Source: Candidatus Heimdallarchaeota archaeon | Lineage (GTDB): Archaea; Asgardarchaeota; Heimdallarchaeia; Heimdallarchaeales; Kariarchaeaceae | Direction: 5' to 3' | DNA length: 18,841 nucleotides | NCBI GenBank assembly: GCA_015523565.1 | Contig: WAKA01000229.1 | Span: forward strand, 1 to 18,841 | Shown here: one piece after another, positions 1 through 7,861 of the stretch | Layout of the letters: the number at the start of each line of letters is the position of its first letter | How positions within the stretch are numbered: the first letter of the stretch is position 1 | Made by a program: the position numbers and the translations under genes | Notes under the pieces: generated by a model | What the model was told of the DNA's origin: nothing | Databases searched by the model: none | What the model saw: the letters and a program-made list of their open reading frames with translations, nothing else

Positions 1-50
1 ACATTAAATATTATAACAGAAATAAACGTTAATTCATATGGTTTCTATAT

Positions 51-1799
51 TCATAATGAATTAAGAAGGAGACATTGCAGGAATGAAGAGAAGAAGAGCT
101 GAGCATTTGTATAGATGGTGGGTTCATTGTTCACGTATGTTTCGAAGTTTGGGTAATATGTGGCGTTGGGTGATTGAAACAGTTCCAAATCTTCAACAGG
201 GTATATGAGATCTCTTGACTCAAGTTCTGCGATGTTTGCAGGTCCCAATGACAATGCCCCAATTATTTCTTTTCCAAGGACATATGCCATTTGATGGTGG
301 TGGGTATGGGGATAGTTTACGCCATATCCTGTCACAAATGAGTAATCCCAAGGATTTGCACCGAAGACATAATCCATTGAATTGACAAACAATTTGGAAA
401 AATCATACTCTGAGTCCTGAAACAAGTTCAAATCCATTAGAAGGGCAGTTGCAACTGAAATGTAGTTGGTTGAAGGGACAGAACTCCAGAAATAATAGTC
501 AAAAGGGTAGTTGAATGCGTCATTTTGGCTCATTTTGTAATTCCATGTCAATGTCCAGAAAATGTTTTCAAATACGGTCTTCTTTTGTTCATTGTCTTGG
601 AGTTCTTTTGCAATGAAATAGTCCCCGAAGAGGATTGCATAGGACATCCAATCTGTTCTTATTCCTGAACTAGTCTCATTCCAGTAGAGTTCATTCCACC
701 CCATTGCTTCCGTAAGATATTCATTGGTACCAGTCATTTGATACAGGAGGATTGCGGCAAGGGTCAATTCGTCATTAGCAGTATGTTCGACATAGAAGTC
801 GAGTGCATTTTGGACACGTGTGTTGTTTTTGGCGAAATTGTAGAGGTCAATTGCTGTTTTCATGTTGTCAAGTCCAGTTGACACATTTGAGATCTGTGCC
901 ATGGAATAGACGGCAGAGAGCAATGCGGCGATGTTACCGCCATATCCGGTTTCAGTCATCATGATTGGACGGTTTTTCAATTTATCGTCTTGAGGCATTC
1001 TAGTTCCTTGGTAATGGTCAGTCTCATTTCCGACCATCACGACTATTTGGTCATCATCAAATGTTTTTGAAAGCCAAAGCATTCCCCAAGACAGGATTTG
1101 AGAATAGGTGTTTCCGATGGGGTCAGAAAAGACCTTGCCATGTGGGGAATTGAGGAAAGTCTGGAATTCATTCCCGTCAAGGAGAACTTGGGGTATCAAT
1201 AGCCAAAACATTGTTTCTGCTGTTGTTTTTGTGAATTTCAGGTAATCCCCTGCATCATAAAACCCACCTGACATATTTCTGTAGTTTCCTGCATCTTTGC
1301 CGTTTGCGACAATGCCATCGTCAAGATGTGCCGCCTTATGCCATCCGTCAACTGCCTTTCCCGCTTGGTTTATCCAGATGAAATTCAATGCATCGGCAGA
1401 TATGTTGAGTAGAATTGAGTCGTTGCCTATCTTGAATTCATGGGAATTGATTGAGTCATATTCAAAGTGGTATGTTCCCCTTTCCTTGACATCCGAGAAA
1501 TCGACAGCATATATGTTATTGAACCCATATCCCGTTTTGGGGTTTGAAAGTTTGTATTCTGAGATTTTCATTCCCTCACGATAAAGAAGGAGAGGTTTAT
1601 CCGATAAGTCTAGATTGGACATGACATAAGCAAATTTCCGTTGATTCTCATGGTATCCGATCTGGTTAATGCGGATATACGGGTAATTTTTTGTACCCTT
1701 CTGGTATTTTGTGGGATTATGGAATGGGATGAAGACGAACGCCAATGAAAAGAGCATAACTGCCAACAATAGGGCTATTGTGAATTTTTTCTTGTTCAT
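51..1799 (-). CDS. Glycoside hydrolase family 9 protein (endoglucanase-like) with N-terminal membrane anchor/signal and CelD-type Ig-like domain
   Basis: GH9 motifs: GGFYDAGDYLKF (catalytic Asp pair), SFVTGYGVNYPHTHHHQ, and YVNNEPTIYTNA (catalytic Glu). IRINQIGY is typical of the N-terminal Ig-like domain. Start moved to ATG 1799 (MNKKKF followed by a hydrophobic stretch); the ORF-track extension to 1865 looks non-coding. Confidence 0.92.
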   Translation of the reverse strand: MNKKKFTIALLLAVMLFSLAFVFIPFHNPTKYQKGTKNYPYIRINQIGYHENQRKFAYVMSNLDLSDKPLLLYREGMKISEYKLSNPKTGYGFNNIYAVDFSDVKERGTYHFEYDSINSHEFKIGNDSILLNISADALNFIWINQAGKAVDGWHKAAHLDDGIVANGKDAGNYRNMSGGFYDAGDYLKFTKTTAETMFWLLIPQVLLDGNEFQTFLNSPHGKVFSDPIGNTYSQILSWGMLWLSKTFDDDQIVVMVGNETDHYQGTRMPQDDKLKNRPIMMTETGYGGNIAALLSAVYSMAQISNVSTGLDNMKTAIDLYNFAKNNTRVQNALDFYVEHTANDELTLAAILLYQMTGTNEYLTEAMGWNELYWNETSSGIRTDWMSYAILFGDYFIAKELQDNEQKKTVFENIFWTLTWNYKMSQNDAFNYPFDYYFWSSVPSTNYISVATALLMDLNLFQDSEYDFSKLFVNSMDYVFGANPWDYSFVTGYGVNYPHTHHHQMAYVLGKEIIGALSLGPANIAELESRDLIYPVEDLELFQSPNATYYPNFETYVNNEPTIYTNAQLFFSSFLQCLLLNSL

Positions 1800-1900
1800 C
1801 CATGATAAATTAGGAACAAAAGGATAAGAGGTTTCATGTAATTTTCGTGAACAAATTGAACACAACCTTCCCTTGTTTCAGCAAAACATAGTGGGAGATG

Positions 1901-2686
1901 TCAATACTTTTTCCATGATAGCTGATTGTCTTTTCGATCAATTTTTATTAATTCGCCATTGGACAATGTGTTCCAATTTTCCAAGCCAGTCAATTTCATT
2001 TGTTCGGAAGATATCACAATAGTGTCGTCATTGGATGCGTAATGCATGGTCAAGTATTTCGGAGTTTTTGTGTAATTTGCGGATGCATAGGCGACAAACG
2101 GATTTTCGAGAACCAAGAAATAATTTGCGGTTGAGCCCATTGGAATGTTCTCTATTGCATTTTTCAGGGCCTTGATATCATCGTCCCTATGCATTTCAAG
2201 TCTGCCAACCAAATAATAAAGTAGTCTTTCGCTGTCTGAGTTAGTCAAGATCTCTTCGGCATAATTGACAAGACCCATAGTCTCATATTCCTGGATTGTC
2301 CCGTTATGGACAAAGGCGACTTGCCCAAGACGTGTGCTTCTCACGAATGGATGGATATATTCTACCCTAATGGGAAGTTTGGGGGAGGCTTTTCTTGTAT
2401 GGATCATGAAAAAGGGGGAGTCAGCGGCGTGGCTGAAGACCTTGTCCAATTCATCCATATCTTCCTCATACAATGGGATTAGGCTTCTGTAGAACCTGAG
2501 ATGACCGAAGGAGTTAAGCCAAGTGCATCCCCATCCGTCCCCATGCCTGAATTCTCCCTGCCTGCCTTCATTATGCTCATGAATGACTGTCTGATCAGCA
2601 GAGCTTTTTCGCATGTATTCAACGATTTGATTGATGAAAGACCTTCCAAGTCTCTTTGAGGAAACAGCCATTGCCATTCGACACAT
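1901..2686 (-). CDS. Class II glutamine amidotransferase / Ntn-hydrolase (YafJ/EgtC/DUG3-like)
   Basis: ATG 2686 gives MCRM, placing the nucleophilic Cys at the N-terminus. Motifs HGDGWG, HTRKAS, HPF, FVHNGTI, SDSE and C-terminal ISSE. Confidence 0.9.
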   Translation of the reverse strand: MCRMAMAVSSKRLGRSFINQIVEYMRKSSADQTVIHEHNEGRQGEFRHGDGWGCTWLNSFGHLRFYRSLIPLYEEDMDELDKVFSHAADSPFFMIHTRKASPKLPIRVEYIHPFVRSTRLGQVAFVHNGTIQEYETMGLVNYAEEILTNSDSERLLYYLVGRLEMHRDDDIKALKNAIENIPMGSTANYFLVLENPFVAYASANYTKTPKYLTMHYASNDDTIVISSEQMKLTGLENWNTLSNGELIKIDRKDNQLSWKKY

Positions 2687-2708
2687 ATTATATATTATGA
2701 TGTGGAAA

Positions 2709-2716
2709 TAAATAAA
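2709..2716 (-). promoter_or_regulatory. Putative archaeal TATA box (TTTATTTA) for the amidotransferase gene
   Basis: TTTATTTA lies at -30..-23 relative to ATG 2686 and no SD is visible, consistent with a leaderless transcript. Confidence 0.55.
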
Positions 2717-2787
2717 CCCTTGTTGAGAATCCAGATCATTTTTCATAAAATTTTGTGCAATTCAATGGGAAATGTGGAAAGAATCAG

Positions 2788-3243
2788 CTAATCAGCAAAA
2801 TTTTCCGCAAATGCAATGATATCCTCTTTATTCCAATCTTCAAACAGGTTCTCTTCCTTGAGGATACCAGTCACATAGCTTTCTCCTGCATAGCCATTGA
2901 AAACTGCCGTGATGAAATAGCCTGTGTCTGGAACAATTGGACCTACTAAAAGATAAAGTATTCCAGCGACAATTCCAAAGAATACGGCAATAAGCCATTT
3001 GTCAAGGTAAGACTGCCGAATTTCCTTCCGTTTCTTTTTGACATAGCTTCTTAGGAACTTTCGTCTGTTTTTCACTGTTTTCAGTTTCGGCAAGGTTTCT
3101 TTCATTTGTTCTTTCAAATCGTCAAGCAGTTTGTTGGTTCCTTTGAGTTCTTCTTTGATAGTAGAAACCCAGAACTGGATTAATGATCCAAAAAGGCTTG
3201 CCAATATGGCAAATATTGCAAATCCGACATCAACCTCTACCAT
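2788..3243 (-). CDS. Hypothetical membrane protein (~3 TM, basic helical loop, C-terminal GYAG motif)
   Basis: Hydrophobic segments FAIFAILASLFGSLIQFWV, WLIAVFFGIVAGILYLLV and YFITAVFNGYAG. SD-like GAGGTG at 3257..3252 is 8 nt from ATG 3243; alternative starts are ATG 3249 (TGATG overlap) and GTG 3252. Confidence 0.75.
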   Translation of the reverse strand: MVEVDVGFAIFAILASLFGSLIQFWVSTIKEELKGTNKLLDDLKEQMKETLPKLKTVKNRRKFLRSYVKKKRKEIRQSYLDKWLIAVFFGIVAGILYLLVGPIVPDTGYFITAVFNGYAGESYVTGILKEENLFEDWNKEDIIAFAENFAD

Positions 3244-3248
3244 GATCA

Positions 3249-3707
3249 TCACACCTCTATGGCATCAAGAGTCATCTTGCTTTTCCTTGATTCTTCAAGA
3301 ATTGACCTAATTTGAGCAGTCAGGAGATCTGCGGAATATCCAGTCACCAATGCCTTGAAGAGGAAAGCACGGAATGTGGCAAGATTGCTGATTGGATTGA
3401 CGATGAATGGAATTGCAATTCCAGCCAATGATACAACAATCAGACTGAATAACGATCCTTCAAGTTTCAGGAGTTGTTTGAAAGGGTTCAATAGATAGTC
3501 CATGTCACCTTTGAAAATGTCAGTGAAGCCAGAACCGAAGAAAATGTCTAAAACAGGCATGCCTTCTTCCTTGTTTTGGATATTTGAAATAGTCCATTTC
3601 AAGACAAGACCAAAATAGCAAGCAACAAGGGAGACGTTTCTTTCCAAAAGCCCTACATTTGAAAACAAGACTTTTCCAAACAAAACAATATCGATATAGA
3701 TAACCAT
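3249..3707 (-). CDS. Hypothetical membrane protein, probable paralog of the downstream gene
   Basis: 152-aa ATG-started ORF with several hydrophobic segments and an AGI..V.PI..GYSA C-terminal pattern shared with 2788..3243. Its stop abuts the next start. Confidence 0.75.
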   Translation of the reverse strand: MVIYIDIVLFGKVLFSNVGLLERNVSLVACYFGLVLKWTISNIQNKEEGMPVLDIFFGSGFTDIFKGDMDYLLNPFKQLLKLEGSLFSLIVVSLAGIAIPFIVNPISNLATFRAFLFKALVTGYSADLLTAQIRSILEESRKSKMTLDAIEV

Positions 3708-3728
3708 AATATTATTCCATCTTTTTTT

Positions 3729-3743
3729 TACTTAACTTTTTTG
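3729..3743 (-). promoter_or_regulatory. Putative BRE/TATA (CAAAAAAGTTAAGTA) for the 3707 gene pair
   Basis: A-rich element followed by TTAAGTA at -28..-22 from ATG 3707. Confidence 0.4.
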
Positions 3744-3839
3744 CGTACCATTATCTCCACAGCAATTTATTATTGAACGATGAGTTCACCTCATATAATT
3801 TTAGAATGCAAAAAATCGTTTCTTCTTCGCGAACAATAC

Positions 3840-3847
3840 TTTATATA
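3840..3847 (+). promoter_or_regulatory. Putative archaeal TATA box (TTTATATA)
   Basis: Consensus TTTATATA at -31..-24 from ATG 3871 in the divergent intergenic region; no SD. Confidence 0.65.
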
Positions 3848-3870
3848 GCAAATCCGATTTTTTTTACTAA

Positions 3871-5067
3871 ATGAGATTCATGCAGCACACATCAGGAACA
3901 GACACAAAATATATTTTGAAGCCTGAAATAAGAGATGACCGTTTTTTTTACATTATCTTGGGATTTCCAGTGTTCATGGGAATATTTGGACTGTTGCTGT
4001 CATTGACTCAAGAAGCAGAACCACAGGAAATCTATATTCTGATGGGTATTTTAATCACTGTGCCGATAATCATTGGCTATTTCAAATTAAGGAAAAAAGT
4101 ATTGGTTGTCAACTTCAATGGTTTTCATTATAAGGGACAACATATGCCCTCTTTGGCTGGAATTCGCATAACGCATCATTTCAAGATAACAAGGCAGAGC
4201 AAGACATTAATTGGATCAGAGACGACAAAGGAGGAAACAACAGGTCAAGACCAGTGGAGCTTGATACTTGAAGGTTCAGAAGGAAGTGAAATACGGGTGG
4301 TTGACAGATATGCATCCCCGCAATTGGGGGGAATTTTGGAGATGGCACAGGCATTGGGAAAGCGTTTCCATGTTCCTTTAATTGACGAGACAGGGGTAAG
4401 TAGGAAAGTAACAGATTATGCAGGGCTTGAATCAAAGGAAAGAGTATCATGGGAGAGTTTGACGGAAAAATTCAATCAATTACAATCTCGGATGGATGAA
4501 TATAGTAGCATGGCAATTCTTTTTGAAATGAATGAATCTGATTTCAAAATAATTGAAAAGAAAGCAAGTGGAAGACTCTATACCAAGGACCCAAAATCAA
4601 AAGAATTGAAAGAAATTTCGACATCACATGCTGTTATGGGATATTTGTTCCCTGCCCTTATCGTTGTTGGATTCGGGTCATTGATGATTTACATTACAGC
4701 CACGAACATATTTATATCCTCTGAAGAGCCATTTTTAGCTGAAATAATTGGCGGCACAGTTTTTCTGTTGTTTGGATTGTTTTGGATACTGTTGGGAGTT
4801 TGGTTCATTAATGTTTCAAAGTTCGAAAGAACTATAATTTTCGACCCGACATTTACATCAGTTCACTACAAAGGGGTTCTTTTCAGCTATACGTTTCCAG
4901 TCATTAGGAATGACACGGTACAAATGGTATCTGTTGTGAAAAAAGGGAAATACTACCATCCGCATATCAGTGGAGGGAGACGTTCAATAACAATAAATTA
5001 TCCCTTCAAGGAAAGGTATGTAGCCAAGAAAATTGAATACTGGTTGAGGGAGTTTTATGATCTATAA
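3871..5067 (+). CDS. Hypothetical membrane protein with two [2-TM hairpin + beta-rich soluble domain] modules
   Basis: 398-aa ORF with two TM hairpins, each followed by beta strands containing HYKG and ending in an amphipathic helix. Confidence 0.8.
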   Translation: MRFMQHTSGTDTKYILKPEIRDDRFFYIILGFPVFMGIFGLLLSLTQEAEPQEIYILMGILITVPIIIGYFKLRKKVLVVNFNGFHYKGQHMPSLAGIRITHHFKITRQSKTLIGSETTKEETTGQDQWSLILEGSEGSEIRVVDRYASPQLGGILEMAQALGKRFHVPLIDETGVSRKVTDYAGLESKERVSWESLTEKFNQLQSRMDEYSSMAILFEMNESDFKIIEKKASGRLYTKDPKSKELKEISTSHAVMGYLFPALIVVGFGSLMIYITATNIFISSEEPFLAEIIGGTVFLLFGLFWILLGVWFINVSKFERTIIFDPTFTSVHYKGVLFSYTFPVIRNDTVQMVSVVKKGKYYHPHISGGRRSITINYPFKERYVAKKIEYWLREFYDL

Positions 5068-5093
5068 ATTTTGGTCAAAAAGTGTTAGGTAAC

Positions 5094-5109
5094 CAAAAGG
5101 ATTTTTAGT
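5094..5109 (+). promoter_or_regulatory. Putative BRE/TATA of the ABC-TrmB operon
   Basis: CAAAAGG followed by TTTTTAGT at -28..-21 from ATG 5130. Confidence 0.45.
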
Positions 5110-5125
5110 ACTATCGAATATAGTA
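5109..5125. promoter_or_regulatory. Palindromic candidate operator TACTAT-N5-ATAGTA (putative TrmB-family site)
   Basis: Perfect 6-bp inverted repeat with a 5-nt spacer, between the TATA-like box and ATG 5130, in front of an operon ending in a TrmB-family gene. Confidence 0.6.
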
Positions 5126-5129
5126 GTTA

Positions 5130-5879
5130 ATGACGGATGAATTTGTCATTGAAACGGAAAATTTGGTGAAGCACTACCTTAAGGGGAAAGTAAAGGCAGT
5201 CAGGGGGATAAACCTTAAGGTAAAGCGAGGAGAGATCTATGCATTCATCGGAGCCAATGGAAGCGGAAAATCCACAACAATAGACATTATCAGTGGAGTC
5301 TTGAGACCGACATCAGGGAAGGTGAAAGTGCTTGGACTTGAAATGCCGAAAGAAAGAAGAAAGCTTTCTTCGCATATTGGGATTGCACCACAAGAATACT
5401 CAATTTACCAAGATCTCAGTGTTTGGGAGAATATTGAGTTCTTTGGAAAATTATATGGCCTGTCAAAATCAGAAATGGAGGAAAGGGGAGAAGAACTCCT
5501 CAGGATTCTCAAATTGGATGAAAAGCGGGACACAATTGGTGAGCAACTATCGGGAGGCATGAAGAGGCGAGTAAGCATAGCTTGTGCACTTATTCATGAT
5601 CCAGAGCTTATCCTTTTTGATGAGGCAACTGTTGGAGTGGATCCGATTTTAAGGGCCTATTTTTGGGACTTTTTCAAGCGATTAAGGGATTCAGGCAAGA
5701 CAATTCTTGTGACAAGCCATGTCATGGATGAGGCTGAAAAAGCGGACAGGATAGGGTTGATGAGAGAGGGTCTGTTGATTGAGGAGGGGACACCTCATGA
5801 GCTTTTGGAAAAACATGGGGTGAAAAATATAGAGGAACTGTTCATCAAACTAAGTGGAGGTAACAATAATGGAAATTAA
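5130..5879 (+). CDS. ABC-2 type (multidrug/export) transporter ATP-binding subunit
   Basis: Walker A GANGSGKST, Q-loop APQ, signature LSGGMKRR, Walker B/D-loop LILFDEATVGVD and H-loop VTSH. Confidence 0.97.
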   Translation: MTDEFVIETENLVKHYLKGKVKAVRGINLKVKRGEIYAFIGANGSGKSTTIDIISGVLRPTSGKVKVLGLEMPKERRKLSSHIGIAPQEYSIYQDLSVWENIEFFGKLYGLSKSEMEERGEELLRILKLDEKRDTIGEQLSGGMKRRVSIACALIHDPELILFDEATVGVDPILRAYFWDFFKRLRDSGKTILVTSHVMDEAEKADRIGLMREGLLIEEGTPHELLEKHGVKNIEELFIKLSGGNNNGN

Positions 5880-7002
5880 ATATAAAAAATTTGCATTTTA
5901 TCGCGTTATTGCATTATCCAGGCGGGTTATCAAGCAATTTCGAAGAGATCACCGAACCGTGGTAATGCTCATCGTGTTTCCGATTTTGTTTATGTTGATT
6001 TTTGGGATTGTCCTTTCAGGCGACATAAACAATGTGCCAATTGTATTGGACAATAGGGACAATGGATTCCGTATACCGCTTACTAACCAGACAATAAATC
6101 TTGGAGACAAAATTTACGAAGATATGGACGTCAGTGAAAAAGTGAATATTGTCGGGTCAGATTACAACGAAGGAGTTGACAAGGTGGAAAACGCAGAGAT
6201 AGAGGCTTCAATCTTGATTCCTGAAAATTTCACAGAAGAATTGAGACTGACAGGGAATGCAACTATCAAGGTTTATTTTGATGGAACCAAGCCCCAATTG
6301 AAAGCCGCAGTATACAAAGCCTTGTCAGATGCATTGAAAGGTCTTTCAAAGGGAGGCATTGAATTTGAGGAGCATCCCGCCTATGGTGTTGGGGAACTTT
6401 CTGGATTGGATGTATCAATTCCTGCCGTAATGGGATACATTCTGACTTTTCTAATCTTGCTCTTGTCCGTTTTGACTGCAATAAGGGAAGATGTCAACCA
6501 CACCAAGAGGAGACTTTTCACAACCCCCATTACTCCAATTGAAAGGGTATTGGGATATGTCTTGGCATTGACAATCCTTGCCTTCATTGAAACCGCGATA
6601 GTGTTGGCAATTTCAATTTTTGTTTTTGGTGCAACCATTCATGGAAGTCTTATGCTTCTATTTGTTGCAGGATTCATTTATGGTCTTGCACACATTTTCT
6701 TGGCATTCCTCCTGTCAAATTTTGCGAAAAATGAGTTTCAGGCAGTTCAGATGGCGATTCTGATTGCCATACCCTCATTGGCATTGTCCGGGATGATTGT
6801 TCCCACCTCAACTTTTCCGCCATCAATAGAAATAATTTCTAGGTTCATTCCCTTGACATACGGCATCCGAATATTTGAAGGGATAATGTTGAGAGGCTGG
6901 GGCATAGACAAGTTGTGGTATGAATTCTCCATCATTACTGGTCTTGCATTGGTTTTCTTTGTCATTGCCCTGCTCACCTCGTCAGACATCAGCAAGGATT
7001 GA
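5869..7002 (+). CDS. ABC-2 type transporter permease (YbhR/YbhS-like)
   Basis: N-terminal RRDHRT + TM1, large extracellular loop (IPENF), five further TMs and PLTY motif. Start at ATG 5869 with SD GGAGGT at 5856-5861; overlaps the ATPase stop. Confidence 0.95.
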   Translation: MEIKYKKFAFYRVIALSRRVIKQFRRDHRTVVMLIVFPILFMLIFGIVLSGDINNVPIVLDNRDNGFRIPLTNQTINLGDKIYEDMDVSEKVNIVGSDYNEGVDKVENAEIEASILIPENFTEELRLTGNATIKVYFDGTKPQLKAAVYKALSDALKGLSKGGIEFEEHPAYGVGELSGLDVSIPAVMGYILTFLILLLSVLTAIREDVNHTKRRLFTTPITPIERVLGYVLALTILAFIETAIVLAISIFVFGATIHGSLMLLFVAGFIYGLAHIFLAFLLSNFAKNEFQAVQMAILIAIPSLALSGMIVPTSTFPPSIEIISRFIPLTYGIRIFEGIMLRGWGIDKLWYEFSIITGLALVFFVIALLTSSDISKD

Positions 7003-7007
7003 AAAAA

Positions 7008-7787
7008 ATGAATAGGGAAGACGCCGTAAAAACCTTGATTGATTTGGGGTTGGGTAAAGGGGAAGCAAAGACATATGTGACTCTTGTCTTGTCTGGAAGG
7101 GCAGAAGCTTCCCCTTTAGCAAATTTGGCAGGAGTTCCCCAACCAAAAATCTATGAGTACCTAAAGAATCTCATAAACAAGGGATTTGTAAAGCAATATG
7201 CCACAAGCGGGAGAGCGAAGCTATACGAGGCAATTTCCCCTAAAATTGTAGTTTCCATATTGCAAAACAAAATCGAGGAGAAGTCTAAAGAGACCATTGA
7301 ATTTTTTGAGAACAGCAAACAAAGCATAAATTTGAAGGAACCTGCATTGGATGTAAGTGTGGGAAGGAAGAATGTCATGATCCGATTGGAAGACATGATT
7401 GCAAATGCAAAGCGGAATGTCTTTTTCATACCTTCATTCAACTACAGAAAAGAGATACTCATGTTTGCCAAAAAATACAATCAAATTGATTATTATTCCA
7501 TTAAAATTTCAAATGAGTTAATGAACAAGCTATTGAATATTTTTGAAATCAAATCAGAGTATCTTTCCTCTTTGAAGACATTATATCCATTATTCATAAG
7601 CACAGATGTCGATTTTGATCGGAAAACCTGTTATCAAACAGCAATTCTTGCACCTCAAACCCATATTGAAGATTCATTCATGATAGTTTTCCACGATTCA
7701 TTCATTCCCCTTTTTCAATTCAATGTGATCATGGGAATTTTGAGTTTGACAGATGAAATAAAAATTGAGAAGCTGGAAATCAATTGA
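7008..7787 (+). CDS. TrmB-family transcriptional regulator
   Basis: N-terminal winged HTH LGLGKGEAKTYVTL...LANLAGVPQPKIYEYLKNLINKGFV...YEAISP, then a linker helix and a divergent C-terminal effector domain. ATG 7008 (alternative TTG 6999). Confidence 0.9.
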   Translation: MNREDAVKTLIDLGLGKGEAKTYVTLVLSGRAEASPLANLAGVPQPKIYEYLKNLINKGFVKQYATSGRAKLYEAISPKIVVSILQNKIEEKSKETIEFFENSKQSINLKEPALDVSVGRKNVMIRLEDMIANAKRNVFFIPSFNYRKEILMFAKKYNQIDYYSIKISNELMNKLLNIFEIKSEYLSSLKTLYPLFISTDVDFDRKTCYQTAILAPQTHIEDSFMIVFHDSFIPLFQFNVIMGILSLTDEIKIEKLEIN

Positions 7788-7861
7788 ACTATTTCATTTT
7801 AGAATTGGCTTTTTATTTTAGAATTGATTATTTCTTTTTGGAATTGGCTATTTCTTTTTAG
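7782..7861. repeat. Four degenerate ~20-bp tandem repeats (consensus AATTGGCTATTTCTTTTTAG) spanning the convergent gene junction; T-tracts may act as terminator for the + operon
   Basis: Units: 7782-7802 aattgaactatttcattttag; 7803-7821 aattggctttttattttag; 7822-7841 aattgattatttctttttgg; 7842-7861 aattggctatttctttttag. Confidence 0.85.

Noticed and set aside
1-50. AT-rich stretch with a minus-strand ATG at 4..2, a possible promoter and start of the next gene
   Set aside because: Cannot be evaluated at the window edge.
1800-1865. N-terminal extensions in the ORF track (GH9 to 1865; likewise amidotransferase to 2746 and permease to 5854)
   Set aside because: Downstream ATGs give the signal anchor, the N-terminal Cys or an SD-supported start; the extensions cover promoter or RBS sequence.
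2870-3350. GYAG/GYSA motifs as a potassium-channel selectivity filter
   Set aside because: Neither matches TxGYG and there is no pore-helix context.
7782-7861. Repeat array as a mini-CRISPR
   Set aside because: Units are contiguous with no spacers, only ~20 bp and degenerate; no cas genes in the window.
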